Source: the human T2T-CHM13v2.0 reference genome, Homo sapiens | Assembly (NCBI RefSeq): GCF_009914755.1 | Contig: NC_060926.1 | DNA length: 64,000 bases | Reading direction: 5' to 3' (one strand) | Shown here: positions 26,754-40,964 of the stretch, one piece after another | Position numbering within the stretch: position 1 is the stretch's first letter | Layout of the letters: each line of letters opens with the position of its first letter | Made by a program: the position numbers and the translations under genes | The notes under the pieces: model-generated | Databases searched by the model: none | Seen by the model: the letters and a program-made list of their open reading frames with translations, nothing else | What the model was told of the DNA's origin: nothing

Positions 26754-27054
26754 CTTTTTTTTTTTTTTTGAGACAGAGTCTCGCTCTGTCGCCCAGGCTG
26801 GAGTGCAGTGGCACGATCTCGACTCACTGCAAGCTCCGCCTCCGGGGTTCATGCCATTCTCCCACCTCAGCCTCCCTAGTATCTGGTACTACAGGCACCT
26901 GCCACCAAGCCCAGCTAATTTTGGTTTTGTATTTTTAGTAGAGATGCAGTTTCACCATGTTAGCCAGGATGGTCTCAATCTCCTGACCTCGTGATCCGCC
27001 CGCCTCGGCCTCCCAAAATGCTAAGATTACAGAAGTGAGCCACTGTGCCCGGCT
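26754..27054 (-). mobile_element. AluY-like
   Basis: GCAAGCTCCGCCTCC...GCCATTCTCC...AGGATGGTCTC...CCTCGTGATCC; TSD about GAAAAAAACTT on both sides. Confidence 0.93.
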
Positions 27055-28763
27055 GAAAAAAAACTTCCTAAAATATGAGTGGAACCACAAAAGACCCTGA
27101 ATAGCCAAAGCCACCTTGAAAAAAAGAACAGAACTGGAGACATCACACTGCCTGATTTCAAAACAAATTACAAAGCTATTTTTAATCAAAACAGTATGAT
27201 AATGTCATAAAAACAGGCATATCAAATAATGGAATAGGATAAAATCCCAACAATAAACTTAAGTATTTATGGTCAATTGATTTTCAACAAAGGTGCCAAG
27301 AAGACAGACTGGGAAAAGGCAATCACTTAAATAAATGGCTCTGGGAAAACCAGATGTCTGCATACAGAATAATGAAAGTGTGCCTTATCTCATATGATAT
27401 ACAAAACTCAATTCTAAATGAATTAAAGATTTAAAAAATAAGACCTGAAATTGTAAAACTACTAGAAGAAAACATAGGAGAAGATTCATAATACTAGTCT
27501 GAGTGATTATTTCAGGCAAACCACTAAGCTGTTTGGGGCTGAGGTAAGGGCTTCTGCCTCAAAGCCACTTTTATGTGTTTTCCACACTTCTCAGCTAAAT
27601 TGTGACCTGGAAATAGATGAGTGTCTGGCTGAACTGAAAGTCAGGAGCCCCAGGATAGGGATGTGATAGGAAAACGTATTGAGTTTCTGTTTGCCTAGGA
27701 TGTGGAACTAGTGCATCCCCCTTTAATCTTGTGGAGACCACATGCATTCTAAGAGTAGAGCCCCTGCCACTCCTATAGGGCTGTTGCCTGCATTTATCAC
27801 TGGGGTATCCATGGGTGATGTTGGCAGTCCAGCCCCACCCAAATTTGTCCCCACTTTCAGAGGCTGGGTGGGAAACTCAGGGAACCAGGCCATCCATAAA
27901 CCCGCCTATCACCTGAAACCACAGAGCATCTCCTGGTAAACAAAGATCGAGTACATACACATGTGCCTCCACTGCAGGTGGCCCTTACCCATAGGCACCA
28001 TCTACTGACCTGGAGGTAGAACTGCACAACTCCATACAAAACCTGCTGACAGAAGTGCACAATGCAGAGCAACAAGATAAATTTCCTGAGACCTTCACAA
28101 TTCTAGTCCCGCAGAGGGCAGTGAGACCGCTCATATGCCCAATACGTTGGTACTACAACCTGCATTTGAGAAAGCCACTGCACATAGGCTATCTATAACC
28201 GAAGAATTCATACAGAGCCTTAGCCCCCTGAAAGCACCTAGAATTGAAGCCAAATGGCCATAGACAACATATATAAGTCATACCCTCAAGAGGGAAAAGA
28301 AAAGTCTCATAACACCAAAGTAAATTCAAAGATAAAAAGTGAAAGCTCTCCAGATGAGAAGAAAGCAGCTTAAGAACACTGGTAATATGCAAACACAGGA
28401 TTATGATACCCCCACAGGATCAAACTAGCTTTCTAGCAGTGGATCCTAATCAAAATGAAACTTCTGAAGTGACAAAGAATTCAAAATATAAATTGCAAAG
28501 ACGATCAAAGAAATCCAAGAGAAAGTTAAAAACTAACACAAATCTGAAAAACAATTCAGGATATAAATGAAAAACTTACTAAAGAGATAGGTATTTTATA
28601 AAACCAGAATTTCTGGAAATACAAAAATGTTTTGAAAGGGTTAAAAACACAATTAAAAGCCTTAAGAATAAGCTAGGCCAAGCAGAAGAAACAATTTTAG
28701 AAGTAGAAGGCAGATCTTTTGAACTAGCCATATCAAACAAAAATAAAGAAAAAATAATGATGA

Positions 28764-29058
28764 ATGATGGGTATGATGACTCGTGCCTTTAATCTTTGCA
28801 ATTTGGGAGGTTGAGGCTGGTGGATCCCTTGAGCCCAAGAGTTTGAGACTGACTTGGGAAACATAATGAAATCCCTTCTTTACAAAAAATACAAAAAATA
28901 TTGGCCAGGCATGTTGGCATGCACCTGTAGTACCAGCTACCCAGGAGACTGAGGTGGGAGGATCACTTGTGCCTGGAGAGGATGAGGCTGCAGTGAGCTA
29001 TGATCATGCCACTGCACTCCAGCCTGGGCAACAGAGTGAGACCACCATCTCAAAAAAA
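28764..29058 (+). mobile_element. AluJ inside L1PB ORF1
   Basis: CTTGAGCCCAAGAGTTTGAGAC...GAGGTGGGAGGATCACTT...GAGGCTGCAGTGAGCTATGATCATGCCACTGCACTCCAGCCTGGG. Confidence 0.9.
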
Positions 29059-32000
29059 TTGTTATTAATATTAAAAAATAAAATCTTTATAAAATAGGGG
29101 ATTATGTAAAGTGTCCAAACTTAACAAGTTATATGTATTTCAGAGGGAGAATAAGAAAAAGTAAAAAAGTATGGGAAACCTATTTGAGGAAATCATTCAG
29201 GAAAATATCCCTGCTCTTGCTAGAGGTTTAGAAATCCATATATAAGAAGCTCAGAAAACTTCTGGAACATATATTGCAAAATGAATGTCACCATGGCATA
29301 TAGTCATCAGACTATCTAAAGTCAACATGAAGGAAAAAGTACTAAAAGCAGCCAAAGAGAAGCATCCATTTATAAAGGAAATCCCATCAGACAAAACATG
29401 AACTTTTCAAAAGAAATCTTACAAGCAAGAGAGATTGGGGTCCTATTTTCAGTCTTCTTAAAAACACATTTCAGCCAAGAATTTTAAATCCTGCTAAACT
29501 AAATTTCATAAATGAAGTAGAACCAAAATTTTTTCCAGACAAACACTAAGGGAATTCATCATCACTAGACAAAACTTACAAGAAATGTTCAAAAATTTCC
29601 TAACATAGAAAAGATTGATGCTATCATAAAAAAACATGAAAGTATAAAACTCTCATGACTTTCAATACATTTATAAAATTGAGCCTGCAAATCAGCTATG
29701 TAACAATTAACATTATGACAGGAACAAAATTTCGCATATAAATATTAACCTTTAATGTAAATGTATGAAAGGTTCCACTTAAAAGATATAGACTGGCAAA
29801 TTAAGTTAAAATAGCAAGACACAGACATATACTGCATAAAAGAAACTTATCTAACTGGTAAAGGCATTTACGGCCTCAAAATAACGGGATGGGAAAATAT
29901 ACTCCATGCAAACGGGAACCAAAAGTGAGCAGGAGTACCTATACTTACATCTCATAAAATGAACATTAAATCAAAAACAGTAAAAAAAATCTTGCAAAGA
30001 CTGTAATTATTTAATGATAAAGTGATTATTTCAACAAGAATATGTAACAATTCTAAAAATATATTCATCCTATACCAGAGCACCAAAATTCATAAAACAA
30101 ATACTACTAGATTTAAGAAAAAAGGCAGACAGCTATACCATAGTGTAGGATTTTAATATCCCACTGACAGCACAAGACATATTGTGAGGCAGAAAATCAA
30201 CAGACTCTGGACATAAATTGAGCTCTAGATTAAGGGGGCCTAATAGACATTTAAAGAACATTCTACCCAACCACCACAGAATATACATTCTTTGCTTCTG
30301 CACATGAAACATTCTCTAAAAGAGACCACATGACAAGCCACAAAGCAAGTCTTAATACATTTTAAGAAACTCAAAATCATATCAAATATCTTCTTTGACC
30401 ACAGTGGACTAAAACTAAAAAACAATACCAAGAAGAACTCTCAACTTATACAAATACATGGAATTTAAACAACTTGCTCCTGAATAATTATAGGGTCAAC
30501 AATGATATTAAAATGGAAACTTAAAAATTATTTTAAAAAATGAAAATAGAGAAACAGCATATTAAAAGCTTAGGATATAGTAAAAATACTCTTAAAAGAG
30601 AAGTTAATAGTGTTAAATGCTAGTGTTAAATTCTATCAAATGGATAGAAAGATCTTAAATTAACAAGCTCATATTGCACCTGAAGGAAATAGAAAAACAA
30701 GAACAAACCAAATCCAATCTTATCAGGTAAAAAGAAATGACATGGATCAGAGCTGAACTAAATGAAATTCAGATTTAAAAAATATACAAAGAATCAATGA
30801 TTCAAAAAGTTAGTTCTTTGAAAAAATTAAGAAAATTGACAGACCATTAGCTAGGTTAACAAAAAAAAGAGAGAAGATTCAAATAAGCATAATCAGAAGT
30901 GATAAAGATTACATTATAACTGAAGCCATAGAAATACTAAAAATCATCAGAAACCACTATGAGCATTTCTACACACACAAACTAGAAACCCTAGAGGATA
31001 TAAATTAGTTGTTGGAAACATACGAACACCCAAGATTGAACCAGGAAAAAAAAATTCGGAACAGACCAGCCATGAGAAGTGAAATAGATTCAGTAATAAA
31101 AAAAATTTATCAACAACAACAAAAAAGCCCAGAACCACATTGATTCACAGCTAAATTTTATCGGACAAACAAGGAAGAACTGATACTGAGCCTACTGAAA
31201 CTGTTCCAAAATATCAAGGAGGAGGGAATCATCCCTAACTCATTCTTTTAAGTCAGTATCACCCTGATACCAATGCCAGGCAAGGATACAACGGCAACAA
31301 CAACAGCAACAAAAAACTATAAACCAATATCCCTGATGAACATAGATGCAAAAATTCCCAACAAAACACTAGCAAGCCAAATGTAACACCATATGAAAAA
31401 ATCATACACTGTGATCATGTGGGTTTTATTCCAAGGATTCAAGGATGGCTCAACACGTGCAAATCAATAAATGTGATTCACCACATAAACAAAATTAAAA
31501 ACTAGAACTATATAATCTCAATAGATGCAGAAAGAGAATTTGATAAAATTCACCATCCCTTCCTGATAAAGACCTTCAACAAACTAGGAATAAAAAGATA
31601 TTTCTGAAAATAATAAAAACCATATATGATAAACTCACAACCAACATTGTACTGAATGGGAAGAAGTTGAAGGCATGCCATCTTACAACTCGAATAAGAC
31701 AAGGGTGCCCACTCTCACTACTCCTAGTTAACATAGTACTAGAAGTCCTGACTAGAGCAATCAGGCAAGAAAAAAAAAAAGTCAGCTACACTGAAAAAGA
31801 GGAAGGTAAATTATTTCTGTTCACTGATAATATAATGTTATCTCCACGAAACCCTAAAGACTCCTCCAAAAGACTCCTAGACTTAATAAATGACTGCAGT
31901 AAAGTTTCAGGATACAAAATCAATGTACAGAAATCAGTAGGATTTCTATACACCAATAACAATCAAACAGAGAATCAAATCAAGAACTCTATCATCTTTA

Positions 32001-33542
32001 CAACAGATTAAAAAATAAGAAAATACCAGGAAATAGTTAGTCAAGGAGGTGAAAGATCGCTACAAGGAGAACTACAAAACATTGATGAAAGAAATCATAG
32101 ATGACACAAACAACTGGAAAGATATTCCATGCTCATGGATCAGAAGAATCAATATTGTTAAAATGATCATACTGCCCAAGACAATCTATAAATTCAATGC
32201 AATTCCCATTAAATTACCAACATAATTTTTCACAGAATTAGAAAAAAATTCTAAAATTTGTATGAAATGAAAAAAAGCCTGAATAGCCAGAACAATCCTA
32301 AGCAAAAAAAATAATAAAGCTCAATGAATCACATTACCTGACTTCAAATTACACTACAAGGCTATAGTAAACAAAATAGCAGTTGATGGTAAAAAAATAA
32401 ATAAATAAATACACACATAGATTCATGGAACAGCATAGACAACCCAGAAATACAGCCACATTCCTACAACCAATTGATCCTTGACAAAGTCAACAAAAAA
32501 GTACACCAGGTAAAGAGCTCCCTATTCAATAAATGGTGCTAGGAAAATTAAATAGCCATATCCAGAAGAATAAAACTGGACCCAGATATCTCACCATCTA
32601 CAAAAATTAGCTCATGATAGATTAAACACTTAAACTATAAAAATCCTAGAAGAAAACCTAGGGAAAATTATTCTGGACATTGGCTTAGGCAAATAATTTA
32701 TGACTAAGTCCTCAAATGCAAATACAACAAAGGAGACAAAAGGAATTTAATTAAACTGTACAGCAAAAGAAATGAACAATGGAGTACATAGACAACCTCA
32801 ATAATGGGAGAAAATATTTTCAAATAATGCATCTGACAAAGAAATAGTATCCAGAATTTGCAAGAACCTCAAAACACTCAACAAGAGAAAACAATCCCAT
32901 CAAAAAGAGGGCAAAGGGCATGAACAGACATTTTTCAAAATTAGTCGTATAAGCAGCCGACAAAAATTTTAAAAAGCCTCAACATCCAGAATCATCAGAA
33001 AAATGCGAACTGAAACAAAAAGGAGATAATTTTTTTTTACACCGGTCAGAATAGCTATTACTAAAAAGAAAAAACAACAGATATTGGTAAGGATGCGGAG
33101 AAAAGGGAACAGATACATGGTTGATGAGAATGTAAATTGGTACAATGTCCAGGGAAAACTGTGCAGATTTCTCAAATAGCTAAAAATATAACTATCATTC
33201 AATCCAGTAATCCCCCTACTAGGTATCCACCTGAAAGAAATCATTATATTAATATTAAAAAGACACCTGAAATTGTATGTTTATCACAGCACTATGCACA
33301 ACAGTGAAGTCATGGAATTAACCTAAGTGGCCATCAATGGATGACTGGATAAAGAAAATGTGTTTTATATATATACCACAGATACAACTCAGGCATACAA
33401 AGAATGAAATATGTCTTTTGCAGCAACATGGATGGAAATGGAGGCAATAAGTGAAAGGAGTCAGAAATAGAAAGTCAAAAATTATATATTCTCACTTATA
33501 AGAACAATGGCTAAACATAGAAATACAGAGTGAAATAAAGGC

Positions 33543-33960
33543 TGTATTAGGCCATTCTCGTATTGCCATAAAGAAATAATTGAGATTGGGTAACTTATAA
33601 AGAAAAGAGGTTTCACTGGCTCACAGTTCTGCAGCCCGTACAGGAAGCCTAGTGGTATCTACTTCTGGGGAGGACTCAGGAAGCTTAAAATTACTGCGGA
33701 AGTCAAAGGGGGAGAAGGCAGGTCACATGATGAAAGCAGGAATCAGAGAGTAAGCGGGTAGGTGCTACACACTTTTAAACAACCAGATCTCATGAGAACT
33801 CACTCACTATTGCAAGGATAGTACCAAGGTGGATGGTGCTAAACTATGCATGAGAAATCCACCCCCATGATCCGATTACCAGCACCAGGCCCGACTTTCA
33901 ACATTGGAGATTACAATTCAACATGAGATTTGTGTGGGGACACAGATCCAAATCACACCA
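33543..33960 (-). mobile_element. MSTA-type solo LTR in L1PB 3'UTR
   Basis: TGTATTAGGCCATTCTCG...GGCTCACAGTTCTGCAG...CATGAGATTTGTGTGGGGACACAGATCCAAA. Confidence 0.9.
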
Positions 33961-34167
33961 AAGATATAAAAGAATCTAAGATGTGGGAGGATAGGAGGGA
34001 GTGAGAGTTGAAATACTAAAATACTACCTACTGGTTACAATGTTCACTATTCGAGTGATGGGTGCACTAAAAGCACAGACTTCATCACTATGCAGTATAT
34101 CCATGTAGTGCAACTACACTTGTTCCCCATACATGTATCAAAATAATTTTTTAAAAAGAGACAAAAG

Positions 34168-35660
34168 GGTTTTCTTCTAGGGTTTTTATGGTTTTAGGCC
34201 TTACATTTAAATCTCTAACCCATCTTGGGTTAATTTTCATATAAGGTGTAAGGAAGGGAACCAGTTCCAGTTTCTTGCATCAACACCATTTATTAAATAG
34301 GGAATCCTTTCCCTGTTGCTTGTTTTTGTCAGGTTTGTCAAAGATCAGATGGCTGTAGATGTGTGATATTATTTCTGAGGCCTCTGTTCTGTTCCATTGG
34401 TTTATATATCTGTTTTGGTACCAGTACCATGCTGTTTTGGTTACTGTAGGCTTGTAGTGTAGTTTGAAGTCAGGTAGCATAATGCCTCCAGCTTTGTTCT
34501 TTTTGCTTAGGATTGTCTTGGCTATATGGGCTCTTTTTCGGTTCCATATGAAATTTAAGTTAGTTTTATCTAGTTCTGTGAAGAAGATCAATGATAGCTT
34601 GATGGGAATAGGATTGAATCTATAAATTGCAACAAAAGCCAAAATTGACAAATGGGATCTAATTAAACTAAAGAGCTTCTGCACAGCAAAAGAAACTGTT
34701 ATCAGAGTGCACAGGCAAACTACAGAATCAGAGAAAATTTTTGCAATCTACCCATCTGACAAAGATCTAATATCTAGAATCTACAAGGAACTTAAACAAA
34801 TTTACAAGAAAATAAAAATCCCATTGAAAAGCGGACAAGATATGAACAGATGCTTCTCAAAATAAGACATTTATGCAGGCAACAAACATATGAAAAAAAG
34901 CTCATCATCACTGGTCATTACGGAAATGCAAATCAAAACCACAATGAGATACCATCTCATGCCAGTTATAATGGCGATCATGAAAAAATCAGGAAAAAAC
35001 AGATGCTGGAAAGGATGTGGAGAAATAGGAACGCTTTTACACTATGGTGGCAGTGTAAATTAGTTCAACCATTGTGGAAGACAGTATGGCGATTCCTCAA
35101 GTATCTAGAACTAGAAATATCATTTGACCCAGCAATCCCATTACTGGGTATATACGCAAAGGATTATAAGTCGTTCTACTATAAAAACACATGCACATGT
35201 ATGTTTATTGCAGCACTATTCACAATAGCAAAGACTTGGAAGCAACTCAAATGCCCATCCATGATAGACTGGATAAAAAAAAATGTGGCACATATACATC
35301 ATGAAATACTATGCAGCCATAAAAAAGAATGAGTTCTGGTCCTTTGCAGGACATGGATGAAGCTGGAAACCATCATTCTCAGCAAACTAACACAAGAACA
35401 GAAAACCAAATACCACATGTTCTCACTCTAAAGTGAGAGTTGAACAATGAGAACATATGGGTACACGGAAGGGAACATCACATACTGGGGCCTGGGGTTG
35501 GGGCCAACGGGAGGGACTGCATTAGGAGAAATACCTAATGTAGATGACGGGTTGATGGGTGCAGCAAACCACCTTGGCACATGTATACCTATGTAACAAA
35601 CCTGCACATTCTGCACATGTATCCCAGTACTTAAAGTATATAAAAAAGAAAAGAAAAAAG
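34168..35660 (+). mobile_element. 5'-inverted (twin-primed) L1PA7-like insertion
   Basis: 34168-34628 is minus-strand ORF2 ([10 protein letters not shown]...TAWYWYQNR...LFNKWC); 34625-35660 is plus-strand ORF2 end, 3'UTR and A-rich tail. Confidence 0.92.
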
Positions 35661-35669
35661 AAATAGAAA

Positions 35670-36145
35670 GAATATTACCTGAGGCTGGGGTGGGGAAAAG
35701 GGATGGGGACAGAAGAGATATTGATCAAAGAGCACAAAGTTTCACTTAGACTAGAGGAAAAATTGTTAGTGATCTATTGCACTGCATGGTGACCGCAGTT
35801 GATAATAATGTATTGTATATTTATTTATTTTTCTGTTCAACTTTTATTTTAAATTCAGGGGATATACATGCAGATTTGTCATCTAGGTATATTGCGTGAT
35901 GCTGAGGTTTGGGGTACGAATGATCCTGTCACCCAGCTACTAAGCATTGTACCTAATGTATATTTCAAAATTGCTAAAATAATAGATTTTAACATTCCCA
36001 CTACAAAAAAAATAAATTTGTAAGGCAATGGATATGTTAATTATCTTGATTGAATATTTCTACAATGTAAACATAGATCAAAACACACACTGTATCTCAT
36101 AAATGTACAGAATTATTATTTGTCCATTAAAAAATAAATTTTGAA
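35670..36145 (+). mobile_element. L1MA 3'UTR (possible end of the 21535 element)
   Basis: GATCTATTGCACTGCATGGTGACC...TATATTTCAAAATTGCTAAAA...ATTATTATTTGTCCATTAAAAAATAAA. Confidence 0.8.
35823..35956 (-). mobile_element. Very short L1PA13-16-like 3' end
   Basis: CAACTTTTATTTTA...GGTATATTGCGTGATGCTGAGGTTTGGGGTACGAATGATCC; 9-bp TSD TGTATATTT at 35814-35822 and 35957-35965. Confidence 0.85.
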
Positions 36146-38759
36146 AGGGCTAATAGGCCCTCTCTTTTTCTCTCGGTGAATTACAGATATTGAGGCTTCA
36201 TCTTCCTCTGTCTGACTCAAGTGCATAAGAGCATTAAATAGAGATGAAGATACATACACACTACACATTTGGATAAATGTGGTTCAAAACAAAGAAAGTA
36301 AGAAACAAATAAACACCAAAGGACATACATAAATTCTCAGGCCCGAAGGAACCTTTGTTCAGCTTATTGTTGCTATTTCATAGAGACAAATGGATCCTCT
36401 GATGCCACCTCCCCAACATACAAATCAATAAATATAGCCTACATGTGTTCCTAAAATCTGTAAATTGGAGTCATAAATCAAATTAACTTTTTTCCCCAAA
36501 TGTGGGCAGGGAAAGGAAGAAGGGAAACCCTTCATCTTCTAAATATTACTGTGTACACAGTTCTCATTCTTCACACTTCCACTCTAATCTCACTTTCTCC
36601 AGTTAAACAGTTTTGACTATTTTATTTTTTACACTATTTATCAGTTAATTACAAAAGTTTTTGTGCTGCTCTAACTACTTCTTATACAGCACTGGGCCCA
36701 ATAAAATTAAAATGTATTTGTGTATCTGTCAGGGTAGAGATCACTTAAGTAGAACCAAAATGAAACAAATAAAAATCTAGACTACAAGATGAACTGAGCC
36801 AACTGTAGAGACCACTGAGACGATGGCTGCTTTTTTGATACTAGACAGCTACGTATTGCCTAATTCCATTTAATATCAAATCTATGTTGAGAGAACGAAT
36901 CATTCTCCAAACATTACAAGTTGTTTGATATCAAAGAACAAATATTTTTCTATCATTGTTTCTTTATGCCTGTCCTAAAAAAAAAAAAACACGAATTGAA
37001 GCTTATTTGATATTTCTATTATACTTTTGGTGATAGGATAATTCACTGGTGAAAATATTAGAGGAATCAAAATCCCCTATGAGAATGACATCAAGAGACT
37101 ATGACCGATATTTGGTTAACTGTGTAATGTACAACTGATATACAGAGACTCTGATTTCTGGGGGCGGAGTTTTAAGGCAGAGGTATTGTTTATGTTTTAA
37201 AATTCAAACAACGGAGGTTTGCAAATTACACAGATACACACGTCTCCAAAACCAAACTTTAAGTTAACTCTGATATTACGTAGGTTTTATCAATCACTAG
37301 ATTCTAAAACATGAATAACCATCTAGAGAATATTATATTCATTTTATTTAGAGAACAATAAGGATTGGATGATCAGAGCTAGAGAGAAACCAATATAATT
37401 TAAGAAGAAGAAAGCAAGAAAATCACCTATATGTGTACCAGTTGTGAACTGGTTAAGTAGATTTTGATACATTGATGGAATATAGGATGCTGAGTAGACA
37501 AAAGCCAAATTTTACATTTAAAATTATTAAATTTAAAAACAACACATCTGTACCTATCTATGTATATATGTATAGAATACATATAAAAATATTTTGTGAA
37601 GAAATTTATTATATAACCTCATACATAATATTGTTGTGGATGACAGTCTGATATTTCTTACATACATTTTTGCCTGCTTTGATGTTATTAATGTAATAAT
37701 ATTATGTGCACGTATGAATATTTTAGAAGATAATGGATGACCATGTGTTGTATAAGTAGTTTCTTCTTTTTTTTTTTCTGGACTTATGTTAACTTTAGGT
37801 ACTTCTCCAAGCCTATTTTATCCAAATATTTGTGGGAAGAAAGAGCTGGAGCTATATAAATTTTGTTACAATGATATATTCCTAATTATTATCTATTATA
37901 CAGATTATCAGCAACTCTCTTTTTTCTTTAGTTTTAGAATTATTAGAAAATTCAACCTGCTGCCAAATATAAATAGCACATCAGTAACTTGCTGGATGAG
38001 ATCATTCTTTGCAGAAAGACATGATTTGTTTCTACTACCAACCCAAGGGGCCATCATTAAATAAAACCTTGATTTCAAGTAGGTTCATTGCTCCACCTGT
38101 TCACTTGCTTACTGACCACCAAATTTTTTTTCGCGCATCTTTTATTAATTGATGAGGGTCTGAGGTGTACTCAAGATGACTCCAGCAGTTTTGTTATTTT
38201 TTACTTTATATTTTTCCTCAACTTATGTTAAAAAGATAGAACAAATATGATGGTTGAGAGTGAATTCTATCAGACTACTGATTGAAAGCATGAGAAAGGC
38301 CCTCTGAATTTTTGCTTTAAACATAAAGTCCATTTGCCACATTATCCTAGCAGTGGTCTAACTGCTTGTCTGTTTCTTAAATTAGGCACTTTGTTGTTTT
38401 ATAAAATAATCTTGCAGAATTTCAATGGGTTTGTCAACTCATCATTTTTGTTCACAGGCTTTGAATGTAAAGGAGCCTGAATATGGACTGGACATATATC
38501 ATAAACATCTAGACTCTAAGTAAGATAAAAGAAAAGCTGAGTGAGTTGTAAAGTATGTTAACTTCTTAACATTGTATATTTTACCACAACAAATTTATCT
38601 TCTTTCACTTTATTCTCACAGAATATAAACGCAATTCAAACATTTCTATTTTACTTCATCATGTATCAGACACAATTACTTGGTTCTAGAAGTATGAAAA
38701 AAATAGGTAATTTACTTATAATTTATTTTCTTCCAGATGCTATATGTTTCTTATTTTAA

Positions 38760-38885
38760 CAGTAGTATTATTTATGCAAGAAAACTGAAGTTTAGGTAAA
38801 TTATGCTTTTCTCAAACACACACAATAAGATGCTGTGAGGAGTAGGAGTAGGATTTAAACCCAAGTAGCTTCTAATCCACTGATG
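38760..38885 (-). mobile_element. MIR fragment
   Basis: AGAAAACTGAAGTTTAG...GGATTTAAACCCAAG. Confidence 0.45.
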
Positions 38886-39368
38886 TCACTAAGAAATTGG
38901 ATGTTATAGATTAAAATAAAACTTATAAAATACAGTCATAAATTTGGTAACTTTCAAAGAATGTTGCTAAATAAGACATAAGATAAGTGCAATTATCTTT
39001 CATTTTACCGTGATTTAATAATGAAAGACAGTCTTTTGGTAGTAGGACAGTTGGTATCTTCATTCTGACGTTCTCCAATAGCCAGTGAATAACTTTCATA
39101 ACAGTGGTGTTACTCCATGTCAATGTAATTTGAGGACTCTTGTGGAAAGACAGAGATATTTTCCTAAAGCGTGTCCAATATAAGGAAAGACAGATGCAAA
39201 AGAAGAACAATGCGTTCAACAATACATGTATGCCAGAATACAGATGTAGCTCATAAGAGATTTAATCAACTCCATCAGGATTAGAAAAGAGAGATCATAT
39301 AAGTAAAATGTTCACCAAAGGAGACATCATCTGAGAATTGAAGGATGATTAAGAGTTGAGAGATTCTA

Positions 39369-39668
<300 letters not shown>

Positions 39669-39979
39669 TTAGAGATTCTAATCAGGGGTGAAATACTATT
39701 CTCATATTATATCAAAGATATCCAAGGATGTAGTGCTGAAGTCAGGGCTTAAATATGCCAAATCCTGTGTATCGTTTACTCTTTTACTGTGCATACTAGA
39801 GAGCCTTCTAGTTCTGTGGAGGGTAGACCTAACAGTGAGAGAACATAGATGTGTATATCACTATATGTTGAAGAATTGGTGAGCCGAAGCACAAATACAT
39901 CAAATGATTTAAGTACCAGGGAGCCCCTGTATCCATTATATTGAACCTGAGCAGCATTGGCTGCAAGCTGAACAAAGCA

Positions 39980-40150
39980 GAGGGTCAGAGTTGGGCTTGA
40001 ATATCACTTCCATCACTTACCACTGTGTTATTTTGAGGGTTTGCTTCTTTGCTTAAATAATTTTTATTAGCTGCGAAACAGATTTAATATTATCATTCAA
40101 TAGTTAGAAAATAAAATTAAATACTTTAGGTAAAGCATTTGGCTTGTGCA
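39980..40150 (+). mobile_element. MIR
   Basis: GGGCTTGAATATCACTTCCATCACTTAC...TGTG...GTAAAGCATTTGGC. Confidence 0.45.
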
Positions 40151-40964
40151 AGGCCCTCCCTATTTTGTGACCCTAGCTTACTTTCTTTAACTCTCTCTCT
40201 CATTGTTTTATAACCTTCTTCTAGTCTCAGAAGACCATTACCTCAGGGTTGAAACATAGCTGTCCAAGGACTCGATAAAAAATCCCTGTCGAAGACAGCA
40301 TCTTCTGGTTGCACCTCTTACCCTAGTTTCTGCTACTCTTCCTATCCCCTCGCCTTTCTTAAAACATAATAACCCTGCCCAGCTCTTCACAATTCCATAA
40401 AGCATTTTATACATATTTAATTGTATTATAAAACTTTTTAAATTTAATAGTAAAAGAAAAAAGAAAGAAGGGAAAAAATCATATACTTTAAATGGAAGTT
40501 TCTAGAGGCTCATTATATAGTGTTGTGGGAGCACAAGGACCTGGGATTAAGTCATATTCACTGATATATAAACTTTTAATTTTTTTCTGGATGAAGAAGA
40601 TAAAGAAAGGAGGGTAAAAGTTGGTGATGATGAACGGTATGAGAAATAAAATGTTAACAAAATAACATAAGCTTTGCCATAGACCACAAGATCTTGCCTT
40701 GCGTTTACTTGAATTACTAGAGGCAAATTGAGTTTCATTTTTCTCATTGTTGTGTCATTGTTCGCTTATCCTCTCCTGATGAGGTTTTGAGCTCTGTCAT
40801 ATTTGTGCGTCAGTAATGCATACCACACTGCTGCACACAGATGTTTAGAACATCAGTTAAATTCAACTTTCATAAGTGAGTGAATAAATTGCCAGGGTAT
40901 GAGATTGGTGACAATTTTAAGCATACCATGGTGGCAGAGTTCAGGTATGTGAAATGAACAAGTA

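Larger units (their letters stand above)
21535..27515 (+). mobile_element. L1MA-type element: 5'UTR, ORF1, ORF2 (decayed), interrupted by LTR12 and AluY
   Basis: 5'UTR from GTGACATCAGCAGCATG; ORF1 AAAGAAATAATGGCAGAAAACTT...CACCAGGACACATTATAATCAAA; ORF2 remnant [35 protein letters not shown] (ORF 25970-26191). Confidence 0.85.
27515..34160 (+). mobile_element. Near full-length decayed L1PB (L1PB4-like): partial 5'UTR, ORF1, ORF2, 3'UTR
   Basis: ORF2 start ATGACAGGAACAAAA at 29715; RT remnant [18 protein letters not shown]...LFTDNIM (ORF 31667-32011); 3' end CAATGTTCACTATTCGAGTGATGGGTGCACTAAAAGCACAGACTTCA. Confidence 0.88.

Noticed and set aside
34280-34684. 134-aa minus-strand ORF
   Set aside because: GTG-started read-through across the L1 inversion junction; its content is ordinary L1 ORF2 sequence.
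34850-35332. 160-aa ORF with Cys-rich segment
   Set aside because: Frameshifted C-terminal region of L1 ORF2 ([16 protein letters not shown]...DPAIPLLGIY).
39175-39185. CArG-like CCAATATAAGG
   Set aside because: It has seven A/T between CC and GG, not the six required for an SRF site.
38923-39222. 99-aa ORF in non-repeat DNA as a possible exon
   Set aside because: Non-ATG start, no recognisable protein family and no convincing splice-site pair.
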